64,000 bases of DNA, taken from contig CBDAOC010000019.1 in NCBI GenBank assembly GCA_965197925.1, positions 352,001 to 416,000 of the forward strand, written 5' to 3'. Shown in pieces: positions 30,548-42,104 of this stretch. The notes under the pieces were generated by a model that did not search any database, was not told the DNA's origin, and saw only the letters and a list, made by a program, of their open reading frames with translations. The position numbers and the translations under genes are program-made. The DNA comes from Nitrososphaerales archaeon (GTDB taxonomy: Archaea; Thermoproteota; Nitrososphaeria; Nitrososphaerales; UBA213). How positions within the stretch are numbered: the stretch's first letter is position 1; every line of letters starts with the position of its first letter.

Positions 30548-31007
30548 TATATGTTGATAGGATCAATTAGTTAGAAATACTATTTTTTACCCTAAAAATA
30601 GCGGGTAGGTTCTTCAATATTATTATCTAGAAATTCGTGTATAGACATGTTACCATCAAATTATTCCAGAATAAGTATTTGTGCCTAAGCTTTCTGTATT
30701 TAGGGAATAGAAGTTTTTCATATATGTAAATAAGATTCTAGGCCAGTAAGCCAAAGCATTCATAATTAAATAGGCTATGATAGGAGTATGATATAGCCCG
30801 TGAAACCCCCCTATCGTGGAAGATACTTTTGGGCTTCAAGCAGTATACTCCCAATAACTGGGGTATGTATTTTGCCAAGTATGTTTAGTAGTCATTCTGT
30901 TTGTACACCTAGGTGTGTTAATTTTGTTTGTATGCTCATGGCATACATACCCCAGTATATTAAAAAAATGCAACTATTCGTAAGCCGTGGGTATGTATGT
31001 TGTAGCC

Positions 31008-31238
31008 CTAATTAGCATTCCTAATTAAAATTTTCATGACTTTACCCTTTACAATAGTTTTATCTTGCCAGTATTGCTTTGTACCCCTAGTCTTTCTATC
31101 ACTTTCATTTTTTACCATAAGCAAGATTCTGCAATTAGGGCACTCATAGGTATAGGTCTTTTCACTATTTCTTGCAAAGGGATTGCTCATATTACGCCTA
31201 TACCACACCTTTTTTCTACAAAAGAGACAGCTCACCAT
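31008..31238 (-). CDS. Small zinc-ribbon protein
   Basis: CLFC...CPNC; GGTGA just upstream of the ATG. Confidence 0.6.
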   Translation of the reverse strand: MVSCLFCRKKVWYRRNMSNPFARNSEKTYTYECPNCRILLMVKNESDRKTRGTKQYWQDKTIVKGKVMKILIRNAN

Positions 31239-31361
31239 ATTGCAACAATATCAAGAGGTGCTTTAACCTCCCTTGTTAGGATAACTTTTCATAATCATGT
31301 TAAATAATTGATTAGGAGATTGCCAAATGAAAAAATATTACTTAAAATTATTTTAGCTTTA

Positions 31362-31383
31362 TTTCAAAATTCGAATTCTGAAA
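31362..31383. repeat. Dispersed intergenic palindrome, copy 3
   Basis: TTTCAAAATTCGAATTCTGAAA, identical to copy 2. Confidence 0.75.
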
Positions 31384-31416
31384 TATTAATAAATAAAGAT
31401 CTAAAGTTATTACTTA

Positions 31417-31767
31417 ATGATTGAGGATGAAGAATTGAATACCCTGCGTATAAGTATTAAAACACAAATGAGTGAGGGTCAGTTAAAGGAATTACAGCAA
31501 TACTTTGCATCGATGCCAATGGAAGAAATAATTCGTGGACTTCGCTTCATTTACAATCGATGGACTGCTGAAAAAGGCGGCTTTCTTATGGTAGGAAGAA
31601 AAAGCAAGATAAAACGTGAAGTTCATTTGCTTACCCCAGAGCAGGCTAGATGGAGACTTGAAAACTGGAAGATGATGATTAGAAACTTTAGGGAGCGTGG
31701 TTATAGCTATCCTACTATATCTAGAATTAAAAAATCACTACAAGAAATTGTCCGATTATCTAAGTAA
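31417..31767 (+). CDS. Hypothetical protein, possible C-terminal HTH
   Basis: 116-aa ORF ending RGYSYPTISRIKK. Confidence 0.65.
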   Translation: MIEDEELNTLRISIKTQMSEGQLKELQQYFASMPMEEIIRGLRFIYNRWTAEKGGFLMVGRKSKIKREVHLLTPEQARWRLENWKMMIRNFRERGYSYPTISRIKKSLQEIVRLSK

Positions 31768-32425
31768 ACAATTCTTTGTCAGCTGTGTTTTCTAAGATCC
31801 TTCTTTTTTGAGTAGCCATCGGTAGATCAGGAAGTTTGTCTTTAATCTGACACTCCATAATAGAGGCTGCTTCATTCAGTATATCTTGCGCATCTGTAGT
31901 AGATGCATATTGGGCAACATCTACGGTGTTATTTGGAACTTGTCCAGATTCAATCAATATGCCACTCACAAGCTGAGAAATCTCCTGCATATTGTTATCA
32001 ACCTCAGGCATCATCCCTGCTATACCAGCTCTCACATCTTTCACAATTGCCATAGCAGGGTTAAGTGTAACTACTACATCCCCTAACTCTGTTATTGTGC
32101 CCATTCTGATCTGTATCTGTTCCAGTGCCATTCTAGCATGATTGACTATTTTGTTTATTTTACGAATCTGTGACAATTCATTGGATAACACTGTTGAGTA
32201 TTCCATATCATGTTGTTGTACCGCTAACACTATCTTTCTGAACATCATTTGATCTCTTTCTCTTAATTTCGTAGATACGGAATCTAGCCTAGACATTTGC
32301 ACCTGTAATTTTCTCTGGGCCTGTTCAACACGTGATTTCAATCCTGGAGCAGGTCTAAGAGTGCGTTTCATTCTTTCAGCAAAGCCTGGCTTGTCCGACT
32401 TACTCCATTTCGATATAAAGGACAC
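31760..32425 (-). CDS. cdvB: ESCRT-III/Snf7-family cell division protein (CdvB paralogue)
   Basis: Helical Snf7 core (NELSQIRK..ALEQIQIR..ELGDVVVTLNPAM..MPEV) and C-terminal KLPDLP. Confidence 0.88.
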   Translation of the reverse strand: MSFISKWSKSDKPGFAERMKRTLRPAPGLKSRVEQAQRKLQVQMSRLDSVSTKLRERDQMMFRKIVLAVQQHDMEYSTVLSNELSQIRKINKIVNHARMALEQIQIRMGTITELGDVVVTLNPAMAIVKDVRAGIAGMMPEVDNNMQEISQLVSGILIESGQVPNNTVDVAQYASTTDAQDILNEAASIMECQIKDKLPDLPMATQKRRILENTADKELFT

Positions 32426-32556
32426 ATTAACCTCTGCATTATTAGACTTAAAAGAGATTATGTTACCACAGCTTTTATCACCATGGTAACAAAGAGATGG
32501 GATACAATAATTCTGCTCTCAATTATGATTAATATAACAATTAATACATTCATAAA

Positions 32557-33711
32557 TCAGATTAGTGACATTTTCTGCACAGTTTCACCGAATGCGTGTA
32601 AAGCATCGTCAATATATTTTTCGAGTAATGTGGTAATCGACACCCTTATTCTCGCACCGCCTTTACTTACAGTAGGATATCGAATTCCTTGGGCAAAAAC
32701 ACCCTCCTTTATTAGTAATTGCGAAAACATTAAGGTCCTTTTTTCATCACCTATGATGATAGGTAATATATGGCCAGATGAACCCACATTCAAACCCGCC
32801 TCTAGCAATCCCTTTCTAAATTTATACACGTTATCCCAGAGTTTCTTCTGAAGTGAACCTTTTGAAGAAATTTTCAGTGCCATTGAAGCGGCCGATGCAA
32901 ATCCGAAAGGCAATGCAGATGTATAGATGAATTGTCTAGATTTGTTGATCAAATATTCTACTAGATCAGTATTTCCAGCAACGTAACCACCAAAACAACC
33001 AAGACCCTTACTCATACTGCTTACGATAACATCCACATACTTTTCTGCGTTCAAGTGTTCAGCGGTTCCTCTAAAATGTTCACCATAAACGAAATCACCA
33101 TGGGCGTCATCAACTATGAATAATGCATTATTCTCATGTGAGATTTTACCAATCTCCTTCAACTTTGCACAATCACCATCCATACTAAATACACCCTCCG
33201 TAACTACAAGTTTACGTTTATGTTGTGAACCAGCCAATTTAGATAACAAATCTTCAACATTGTTGTGCTTGAACACCTTTACATTGGCCTTACTCAAATT
33301 GCAGGCATCTACTATACTAGCATGGTTTATTTCATCACTAAGGATAAGATCTCCCTTTCTCCCAAGGCTGGTGAGGACGCCTAGGTTAGCCATATAACCG
33401 GTTGGGTAGACGAGGGCTCTTTCACGACGCTTCTGTTTAGCCAATTCATATTCAAGTTGTTCTAGAAAATGGTTACTACCTGAGACCAGCCTGGAACTAC
33501 ATTGAGATATCCCATTATTTATCGCATGTATCATGGTCTTAATTACTTGCTTATTGCATGATAATCCCAAATAGTCATTTGAACAAAGAAGAATCAAATC
33601 TTTACCATTGACCTTAACAATAGGTCCCATAGCTTCAACATTTACTAAATTCCTGTATAGATTCTCATGTTGCAAAAAATCTAATTCATTTCGAAGATTC
33701 ACATTTTTCAT
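32557..33711 (-). CDS. bioF: 8-amino-7-oxononanoate synthase
   Basis: SNDYLGL, GYMANLG, NHASIVD, FSMDGD, DDAHG and SMSKGLG motifs. Confidence 0.94.
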   Translation of the reverse strand: MKNVNLRNELDFLQHENLYRNLVNVEAMGPIVKVNGKDLILLCSNDYLGLSCNKQVIKTMIHAINNGISQCSSRLVSGSNHFLEQLEYELAKQKRRERALVYPTGYMANLGVLTSLGRKGDLILSDEINHASIVDACNLSKANVKVFKHNNVEDLLSKLAGSQHKRKLVVTEGVFSMDGDCAKLKEIGKISHENNALFIVDDAHGDFVYGEHFRGTAEHLNAEKYVDVIVSSMSKGLGCFGGYVAGNTDLVEYLINKSRQFIYTSALPFGFASAASMALKISSKGSLQKKLWDNVYKFRKGLLEAGLNVGSSGHILPIIIGDEKRTLMFSQLLIKEGVFAQGIRYPTVSKGGARIRVSITTLLEKYIDDALHAFGETVQKMSLI

Positions 33712-34688
33712 GCTTTGAGGCCAAGTGCCTTTATCAACCTTATATCTTTCTCCGGTTGATTACCACCAACAGTAAGATAACCACCAGTGATTATTCCGTT
33801 TGCGCCTCCTAAAAGGGCAAGTGATTGCAATTCTCCTAGATGAACTTCTCTACCGCCTGCAATCTTTATTATTGATCTGGGTAGTATGAACCGATAGACA
33901 GCTATGGTCTTTATCACTTCCATAGAATCTAACGACTTCATTCCTGCTAATGGAGTTCCAGGTCTAGGCAACAAAATATTCACAGGGAATTCTTCCGGTT
34001 CCAGTTCGCTTGCTTCAAAAGCAAGCTCTAACCTTTGCACTCCTGTCTCCCCCATTCCTAATATTCCCCCAGAACAAAGCTGCAATCCACAGGATTTTAC
34101 CATCTTGGCAGTATTCATCCTATCGTAATAAGTGTGGGTACTGCAAATCCTCTCAAAGAAACTCTTACTTGCTTCCAAGTTATGGTTGTATCTCTTCACT
34201 CCAATTTCCTTAAGTTTCTTAGTTCTTTTTTCAGTGAGAAATCCCAATGAGCAGTTTACATCAAGACCCACGACTTCTTTAATAGTCTTCATTATACTAC
34301 AAATGTCCTCGAAGTTTTCTTCAGTCGGTTCTCTCCACGCACATACAAGACAGAAACTCTTCACCCCACTGTTTTTTGCTATACCAGCAGCTTCAAGAAT
34401 CGTTTCTTTACCTAGCAACGGATACTTTGATACATCAGTTTCATAATGAGCTGATTGAGTACAGAACGTACAGTCTTCTGCACAGCCTCCCGATTTCGCA
34501 TTTATTAGGCTCTCTACATCTACAGAATTACCATTCAATTCCCTGCAAATAGTATTGGCAGCCTCGGCGAGTTCCATTATATACTTATTGTCAAGGTTGA
34601 GAAGTTCATTTGCCTCATACATCGTAATTTTGTTGCCACCTAGGACCTTGTTCATACAGGAATAAATGCAATCTGAAGCATTTTGCAT
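33708..34688 (-). CDS. bioB: Biotin synthase (radical SAM)
   Basis: CAEDCTFC, YNHNLE, CSGGILGMGE and AGGRE motifs. Confidence 0.96.
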   Translation of the reverse strand: MQNASDCIYSCMNKVLGGNKITMYEANELLNLDNKYIMELAEAANTICRELNGNSVDVESLINAKSGGCAEDCTFCTQSAHYETDVSKYPLLGKETILEAAGIAKNSGVKSFCLVCAWREPTEENFEDICSIMKTIKEVVGLDVNCSLGFLTEKRTKKLKEIGVKRYNHNLEASKSFFERICSTHTYYDRMNTAKMVKSCGLQLCSGGILGMGETGVQRLELAFEASELEPEEFPVNILLPRPGTPLAGMKSLDSMEVIKTIAVYRFILPRSIIKIAGGREVHLGELQSLALLGGANGIITGGYLTVGGNQPEKDIRLIKALGLKA

Positions 34689-34698
34689 ATAGGCTAAC

Positions 34699-34733
34699 GT
34701 TGTAAACCTGTAATTAAAATTTTGGTTTACAAC
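34699..34733. promoter_or_regulatory. BirA (biotin repressor) operator over the bioB promoter
   Basis: Perfect inverted repeat GTTGTAAACC-N15-GGTTTACAAC, 10 bp upstream of the bioB ATG. Arms match the bioO half-sites TTGTAAACC/GGTTTACAA. Confidence 0.85.
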
Positions 34734-34736
34734 TAT

Positions 34737-36077
34737 TCATCTTTTTTTCTGTACATATTTTATTATCTCAATAGTAACATCAAGGAGTACATTCAATTCT
34801 TTTACTGGGATCGCAAGTGGAGGCACTAGTAGTATTATATGCGCAAGGGGCCTCAGAAATACTCCACGTTTCAACGATTCCCTCATAATTAGGTTAGTGA
34901 TCCTCTTTTTCTTTATCGTTAAAGGTTCCTTACTTTTCTTATCATTTACCAATTCAATACCTGCCAACATCCCTTTATGCCTGATATCACCTACTATGTC
35001 CAAGTTTTCTATCTCACCCAGGCGTTTGCTTATTATTCTAGCTTTTCTTTGCACATCCTCAATCAATTTTTCCTTTTTATACAATTGTAAGTTAGTTGTC
35101 GCTATAGCACAGGCAGTAGGATTGCCTGTAAACGTATGGCCGTGAAACAGATGTTTGCGTTCATCGTATTCACCCAGAAATGAGTCAAAGATATCTTCTG
35201 TTGAAAGTGTTACTGCAAGTGGTAAATATCCAGCAGTAAGCATCTTGCCAAATGCCACTATATCTGGGGTTGACTCTTGATTAATATATTCAATCATAGA
35301 ACCTAACCTACCAAATCCCACGGCAATCTCGTCAAGTATCAATAGTGTATTATACTTCTCACATAGTTTCTTGATCTCCTTCTGGTAACCATCAGCATAG
35401 ATAATAACTCCTCCCGCAACCTGTGCTCCACTCTCCATTATTACAGCAGCGACATTGTTATCATTCCTCAATATTCTTTCCATAGAATTTATACAATCAT
35501 TTATGAAATCCTCCTCACTCATCTTGTTGGCCCTTCTGTAAAGATAGGGTGAAGGTGCTCTTTTTACACCGAAGAGTATATTCTGATAATTGTTGAAGAA
35601 ACTTTCTATATACCCAACAGACATAGCACCTATGGTATCCCCATGATAACCATTTTTCAGCGCTACAAACCTATTTTTATTCGGTTTTCCTAAATTGCGC
35701 CAGTACTGTAGTGCCATCTTTATTGCTACCTCAATTGCGGTAGAACCATTATCTGAATAAAATACTCTAGACATTCCTTTTGCTTGTTTTATCAACATCT
35801 GTGCCAAACGTATAGAAGGTTCGTTTGCTAAACCAAAAAGAGTAGAATGCTGTACTTTCTTTACCTGTCCTATCATAGCATTTATAATTTCTTTTCTTGT
35901 ATGCCCCCAGACGTTGCACCACATACTCCCAACGCCATCCAAATATCTAATGTTATTAGTATCTATTAACCAAGACCCTCTTGCTTTATTTATGATCTTA
36001 ACATCAATCTCCTGCCAATCCTTCATCTGTGTGTATGGATGCCAGACGTACTTCTTATCGAGGTCCTTGAGATTCAA
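34737..36077 (-). CDS. bioA: Adenosylmethionine-8-amino-7-oxononanoate aminotransferase
   Basis: VWHPYTQM, SDNGSTAIEVAIKMA, YHGDT, DEIAVGFGR and HGHTFTGNP motifs. Confidence 0.95.
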   Translation of the reverse strand: MNLKDLDKKYVWHPYTQMKDWQEIDVKIINKARGSWLIDTNNIRYLDGVGSMWCNVWGHTRKEIINAMIGQVKKVQHSTLFGLANEPSIRLAQMLIKQAKGMSRVFYSDNGSTAIEVAIKMALQYWRNLGKPNKNRFVALKNGYHGDTIGAMSVGYIESFFNNYQNILFGVKRAPSPYLYRRANKMSEEDFINDCINSMERILRNDNNVAAVIMESGAQVAGGVIIYADGYQKEIKKLCEKYNTLLILDEIAVGFGRLGSMIEYINQESTPDIVAFGKMLTAGYLPLAVTLSTEDIFDSFLGEYDERKHLFHGHTFTGNPTACAIATTNLQLYKKEKLIEDVQRKARIISKRLGEIENLDIVGDIRHKGMLAGIELVNDKKSKEPLTIKKKRITNLIMRESLKRGVFLRPLAHIILLVPPLAIPVKELNVLLDVTIEIIKYVQKKR

Positions 36078-36118
36078 TTCAGTTCAGTTAAGTTAAATGC
36101 TACTGATAGAGCTTATAA

Positions 36119-36820
<702 letters not shown>

Positions 36821-36831
36821 ATTTATTAAAT

Positions 36832-37233
36832 ATGATCCTGAATGAAGAATTCGTGAAGGCAAGAATAGCACTAGGCCTAGTTATATTATCATTATTTCTA
36901 TTACTTGTATATGGTGCCGATGAAGGTGCTAAACAGAGCAATGAAGAAGGTGGTTTCTTACACTTGGATGCTATGGTGAGAGGTATAGGTTTCGGGGGTA
37001 CAGCAGTAGTCCTCTCGACCGTAGCCTTCTTCATTTCAATAAAAGAAAGGACGACACTTGTATCTATCTTGCTTCTCTTTAATGGCGTTCTCATTATTAT
37101 TGGAGGGTTGATGGCTACGATGGCGAGTATTTCTACTGGATCCTCAGGAACAGGCGGTTACGGTGTTCTCGGCATGGGAATATGGATACTAATTCTAGGC
37201 ATAATAAAGGGTCTCAAGACTAGGATAAATTGA
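36832..37233 (+). CDS. Hypothetical membrane protein (about 4 TM)
   Basis: Four hydrophobic segments. Confidence 0.7.
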   Translation: MILNEEFVKARIALGLVILSLFLLLVYGADEGAKQSNEEGGFLHLDAMVRGIGFGGTAVVLSTVAFFISIKERTTLVSILLLFNGVLIIIGGLMATMASISTGSSGTGGYGVLGMGIWILILGIIKGLKTRIN

Positions 37234-37310
37234 ACAATTTAATAGTAAAAGTATAGAAATTACTATATCTAATACTTATTAATTTATCAATCGGGTATGG
37301 TCAAAAACAA

Positions 37311-38342
37311 ATGTGCAACATGTATAAAATGATACAGAAGCAACCAGAAGCGATTCAATATGCAATTGATAACAACGGAAAAGATGGAAAAGAAGCTGCA
37401 GAATTAATGAAGAATAAACGCATTTACCTAACTGGTTGCGGTTCTTCATTTCACGCTGCAATCTATGGTGAATTTGTTCTCCGCACGTCTGGATTTGATG
37501 TTCAGGCGGTGCATGCTTTAGACATGATTCATCACACTCCAAAACTAAAAAATTCTATTGTGATATTGATCAGCCATAGCTGGAAGACAAGAACTACATT
37601 GAAGGCACTCGATATTATTAACAGGAATAGAATTCCATCTGTAGGGATTACTGCAAATAAGAATGCAAATAGGGATGTGGATGTTCTATTGAGAACAAGT
37701 AATTACTATGATGAATCTGAATGCGTCACAATGGGTTATACAACAAAACTAGCTGCATTAGCTCTCATAGCTCAATGCAATATTGAAAAAAAAAATCTTC
37801 AGAAGATCCCTGCGTTAATCAAAGATGCACTAACCAATGAGAATCAAATTAAGGAATTGAGTAACGAGTATTCCAGACATAAGCGATTCTTCTTCCTAGG
37901 TGCTGGACATAATACAGCTACTGCATATGAAATGGCATTAAAGATGAAGGAAAGTAATTACACCGACACAGAAGCAATGGAGGTGGAACAAATGGTACAT
38001 GGTTCGATATCGGGCATTGACGAAGGGGATGTTGTCTTCTTGATAGCACCAAAAGACGGTAAAACTAGACATAGAATTTATGAAACTGCACAAGCATTGA
38101 CAAAGATAGGAGCATCAACAATTGCTGTGACAGATGATGCTATGGAGATTGCAAAAGAATGCACGCATTCAATAAAGATTGGGTATATTCCAGAACATTT
38201 TAATCCATTACTATCAATTATACCGCTTCAATTGTTCGCATTTTTTATTGCAAAAAATAATGGAAATAACCCTGATATGGCTAGAGAAGATGATCCAAGG
38301 TATAGAAAGGCATATGCTGGGTTATTTCTACACCTTAGATAG
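37311..38342 (+). CDS. SIS-domain sugar-phosphate isomerase/deaminase (GlmS C-terminal-like)
   Basis: LTGCGSSFHAA, ALKMKE and IIPLQL motifs; no glutaminase domain. Confidence 0.85.
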   Translation: MCNMYKMIQKQPEAIQYAIDNNGKDGKEAAELMKNKRIYLTGCGSSFHAAIYGEFVLRTSGFDVQAVHALDMIHHTPKLKNSIVILISHSWKTRTTLKALDIINRNRIPSVGITANKNANRDVDVLLRTSNYYDESECVTMGYTTKLAALALIAQCNIEKKNLQKIPALIKDALTNENQIKELSNEYSRHKRFFFLGAGHNTATAYEMALKMKESNYTDTEAMEVEQMVHGSISGIDEGDVVFLIAPKDGKTRHRIYETAQALTKIGASTIAVTDDAMEIAKECTHSIKIGYIPEHFNPLLSIIPLQLFAFFIAKNNGNNPDMAREDDPRYRKAYAGLFLHLR

Positions 38343-38522
38343 CTGAATTCAAAAAATTGTTTACGAGGGCCTATAAGATTTGTTGTAAAAGGACTAAATC
38401 ATTAATCCCTGCTGCTATACGCGTGATGCTAATTTTTGCATTGATAACTACTCACAATCATACGGTGAGATAACCCAACAATGATCATACGATTTTTATA
38501 ATGTGTGGTAGATAGCTATAAT

Positions 38523-39233
38523 ATGAAAGCCGTAATACTAGCAGGCGGTTTTGGAAAACGGTTGAAACCACTGACTGATGAAATACCGAAACCCATGATA
38601 GAAGTTCTAAATAAACCGATAATAGAGTGGCAGATAAGATGGCTTAAGGATCATGGGGTAAATGAATTTATTCTATGCGTTGGTTATCTTAAGGAATATA
38701 TATTAGATCACATTGGAAGTGGGAACGGATTAGGTGTTTATGCTTACTATACTGTCGAAGATAAACCATTGGGAACAGCTGGAGCGTTAAAAAATGCAGA
38801 AAACTTACTTATGAGCGAAGAAAAATTCTTCATGCTTAATGGAGATGTGTTGACCAACGTAAACCCAATACAAATGAAGCAGGAACTTTCTGATGATCTT
38901 GTCGGTACTATAGCGGTAGTCCCTCTCCCTAGTCCATATGGAATTGTGCAAATCGATGATACCATGATTGTTTCGGGTTTTTCTGAAAAACCAAAGATAA
39001 ATGAATTTTGGATAAATGCTGGATTATACTGTTTTACAAACAAAATCTTTGACTATCTGCCTGAATCAGGTAATATTGAAAACACCGCTCTACCAACACT
39101 TGCCAAAGAGAAAAAGCTGAAGGCGGTAAAATTTGAAGATAGAATGTGGCGTTCAATTGATTCGCATAAGGACATTGAAGAAGCAAGTAAGGAAATGGAA
39201 CTGCTATCCAATAAAACAACAATAACAAAGTAG
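38523..39233 (+). CDS. Sugar-phosphate nucleotidyltransferase
   Basis: ILAGGFGKRLKPLT..PKPM, PLGTAGAL, NGD and EKP motifs. Confidence 0.92.
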   Translation: MKAVILAGGFGKRLKPLTDEIPKPMIEVLNKPIIEWQIRWLKDHGVNEFILCVGYLKEYILDHIGSGNGLGVYAYYTVEDKPLGTAGALKNAENLLMSEEKFFMLNGDVLTNVNPIQMKQELSDDLVGTIAVVPLPSPYGIVQIDDTMIVSGFSEKPKINEFWINAGLYCFTNKIFDYLPESGNIENTALPTLAKEKKLKAVKFEDRMWRSIDSHKDIEEASKEMELLSNKTTITK

Positions 39234-39234
39234 C

Positions 39235-39262
39235 ATCTTTCAGAATTCGAATTCTGAAAGAT
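39235..39262. repeat. Dispersed intergenic palindrome, copy 4 (perfect, 28 bp)
   Basis: ATCTTTCAGAATTCGAATTCTGAAAGAT is its own reverse complement. Confidence 0.8.
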
Positions 39263-39292
39263 TAATCTATATACCGTCCCTACATCAATTTT

Positions 39293-40264
39293 ATGCGTTT
39301 GGGATTCAGCCTTGGTACACTGCTAGTCCACGAGGATGTCCTGCGGTGTGCAATATTAGCAGAAAAACGAGGTGTGGAATCTATATGGATTCCTGAATCC
39401 TGGGCAAGAGAATCATTTGTAACACTAGGCAATATTGCCGCATTAACAAAACAAATACTCCTTGGTACAGGAATAGTAAGTATCTACTCAAGAACTCCTG
39501 CCACTATAGCAATGGCTATTGCAACCTTGGACACTATGTCAAAAGGCAGAGCATTCCTTGGTCTCGGCGCTAGTAGCAAAGTGCTTGTTGAAAATTGGCA
39601 TGGGAAGAAATTTTCTCATCATTTAAGCAGAATGCGTGAGTGTGTTGAAATAATCCAATCAATCATCAAAGGGAATACGGTCAATTATGAAGGGAAAGTT
39701 AATACCATCAGAAACTTCAAACTTGGATTCAAACCTGAACGTAATCATATACCAGTTTACATAGCAGCTACAAATGAAAGGATGATGAAGTTATCCACAG
39801 TGATTGCTGATGGGGTTGTGTTATTTTTACGACCGGTTTCTGAATTAAGAAAAGCTGTAAGTTCGTTGAAAAAGCTCACTCATAATAGAAATTTTGATAT
39901 CATATGTGTCATAATCACATCCATTGCGAAAGAGAGAGAATTTGCGAGAGACAGAGCGAGAAAAACCCTGGCATTCTATGCTGCTGTAGGTAATATATAC
40001 GGGGAATTCTTATCCTCTATTGGTTTCAAGAATGAGGTTTTAGAGATAACCGAATGTTATAAGAAAGAGGGTCTAGGAAATATCCATAAGCTAATTCCTG
40101 ATAAAATGCTGGATGCTATTACGATAGCGGGTGAACCTGAAGAGTCAAGGAAGAAAATTGGGGAATTTATGGATGCTGGAATTTCATTCCCCGTGATACA
40201 ATTCAATCCTGTTGAAGAACCAGAAATATCATTTAAGGAAGTATTGGATACATTTCTAGGTTGA
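39293..40264 (+). CDS. LLM-class (Mer-like, probably F420-dependent) oxidoreductase
   Basis: SIWIPES, LGTGIVSIYSRTPA and GRAFLGLGAS motifs. Confidence 0.88.
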   Translation: MRLGFSLGTLLVHEDVLRCAILAEKRGVESIWIPESWARESFVTLGNIAALTKQILLGTGIVSIYSRTPATIAMAIATLDTMSKGRAFLGLGASSKVLVENWHGKKFSHHLSRMRECVEIIQSIIKGNTVNYEGKVNTIRNFKLGFKPERNHIPVYIAATNERMMKLSTVIADGVVLFLRPVSELRKAVSSLKKLTHNRNFDIICVIITSIAKEREFARDRARKTLAFYAAVGNIYGEFLSSIGFKNEVLEITECYKKEGLGNIHKLIPDKMLDAITIAGEPEESRKKIGEFMDAGISFPVIQFNPVEEPEISFKEVLDTFLG

Positions 40265-41376
40265 GTGGTATGCGCAGAATTGCCTTAGCGGGCTGTGGGT
40301 TAACAAAGTTCCGAAGGAGCGCCGATTCTCTGTATTCAATTGCTTCCGAGTCAATTAAAGATCTTTTCAGCAATGTCAGTAAGCTTTCACAGAATGATGT
40401 TGATGCGGTTCTGGTTTCAACTTGTGATAATGAACAATACACAGCCAGCATTTTATCGGAGATGCATGGAATTAGACCGAAGATAGCACATAGAATAGAA
40501 AGCATGTGCAATTCTGGAAGTAATGCTATAATTTCTGCTTATTCATATGTTGCATCAGGTCTATGTGATGGGGTGATAGTGGTAGGCGTGGAAAAGGCCG
40601 ATAGCCCATCTGCAAAGTTAGAGTGGGATATCACAAGGGGGCAGTTCAAGCATCCTGCACATTGGGCAGCCATGTTCTCTAAAGCTCATATGCGTCAATA
40701 TGGTACCACGGAAGAACAGATGGCAATGGTATCAGTTAAAAACCATAAAAATGCAATTATGAATCCAAATGCATACTTTCAAAAAAAAGTAACTCTAGAA
40801 GATGTTCTTAAATCTAAATACATAGTGAAGCCGGTGAAACTTTACGATTGCTCTGCTCCCTGTGATGGCGCAGCATCCTTGCTTCTTCTCTCAGAAGAGA
40901 AAGCCAAAGAATTAATTGATGACCCTGTCTGGATAACGGGGATAGGACAGAGAACTGTCTGCGCAAGTTTTGGTAATGTAAAAGAATTGACCCGAATGGA
41001 TTCAACAATATTGGCTGCCAGAGATGCATATGCTATGGCAAAGATCGAGCCTTCCATGATAGATATGGCAGAAGTACATGATGCATTCACAATTTGTGAA
41101 ATACTGGCATATGAAGATCTGGGATTTGTAGAGAAGGGAGAGGGTGGCAGATTAGCAGAATCTATCAATGAAGAGAGTATTAAAATAAATACTAGAGGAG
41201 GATTGATTGGAGCCGGTCATCCTATAGGCGCCACAGGAGTAGCACAGGCAGCTGAAGTAGTAATGCAATTGCAAGGTAACACAGGTAAGCGGCAAATCAA
41301 AAATTGTAGGAACGGACTCGTGCATAACCTTTCTGCAGCCGCAACTTCAGCAACCGTAATAACTATGGGTATATAG
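40261..41376 (+). CDS. Thiolase (acetyl-CoA C-acyltransferase family)
   Basis: ESMCNSG, VKNHKNA, DGAA, EVHDAF and GHPIGATG motifs. Confidence 0.92.
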   Translation: MSGMRRIALAGCGLTKFRRSADSLYSIASESIKDLFSNVSKLSQNDVDAVLVSTCDNEQYTASILSEMHGIRPKIAHRIESMCNSGSNAIISAYSYVASGLCDGVIVVGVEKADSPSAKLEWDITRGQFKHPAHWAAMFSKAHMRQYGTTEEQMAMVSVKNHKNAIMNPNAYFQKKVTLEDVLKSKYIVKPVKLYDCSAPCDGAASLLLLSEEKAKELIDDPVWITGIGQRTVCASFGNVKELTRMDSTILAARDAYAMAKIEPSMIDMAEVHDAFTICEILAYEDLGFVEKGEGGRLAESINEESIKINTRGGLIGAGHPIGATGVAQAAEVVMQLQGNTGKRQIKNCRNGLVHNLSAAATSATVITMGI

Positions 41377-41377
41377 C

Positions 41378-41722
41378 ATGAATTGGTCTACAGAAGTATT
41401 GAAGAAAGACAAATTGAATATTAGTAAATGTTTGTTGTGTAAGAATTTAATTTGGCCCTCAACAGGGATATGTCCAAAATGCCTTTCTAATAATATTAAA
41501 TTGACCACTGTTAGTTCTTATGGAAAACTCATTGAGTTTTCTGAATCCTTTATAGAGAAAAAGCCAGCGATTTTTGGAATTGTAGAAATGAATGAAAAAA
41601 TATGCCTAATGGGAAGGATAATCTGTCATAATGATATTGAAATAAGGGAAGGAATGGATGTTAAGTTGGTCAAAAGTGAAATGAGAAATAAACAATATTA
41701 TTATGAATTTCTACCAATATAA
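41378..41722 (+). CDS. DUF35-type Zn-ribbon/OB-fold thiolase partner
   Basis: CLLC..WP...CPKC followed by OB-like strands; immediately after the thiolase. Confidence 0.85.
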   Translation: MNWSTEVLKKDKLNISKCLLCKNLIWPSTGICPKCLSNNIKLTTVSSYGKLIEFSESFIEKKPAIFGIVEMNEKICLMGRIICHNDIEIREGMDVKLVKSEMRNKQYYYEFLPI

Positions 41723-42104
41723 TCAGGAATAATGAGGTCGTACCTGTTGAACTTGATGGCTGTGAATCTAACAACAACAATTAGCAGCTTGCACTTTCTT
41801 ATCAATCATATGCATAATAGGAAGAGTTAATCTGAGTTAGCAAAGCCAGTTCAGGAAATATTTCCATATAACAAGAAAGAGAACATAATGTTTCAAATGA
41901 AGATCCAATTTACTATTTCTTTAGACAAATTTCTTTATGATCTTGCTATTGATTTTTTTTATGGTTCGTTTCTGTCTCACCTTTAAAAACAACAAAAATA
42001 AATAAAAAATATACATGAAATAATTCATAGAATTTAATAATGTGCCGAGCTTTGTTGCTAAAGTGGTAATCTGGATTAATAGAAATGAGACCAAAAGCCT
42101 TCAA

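Noticed and set aside
30526..31386. attL/attR pair flanking an element integrated at tRNA-Asn
   Set aside because: The identical 25-bp repeat does not include tRNA sequence, and the same palindrome occurs at unrelated loci.
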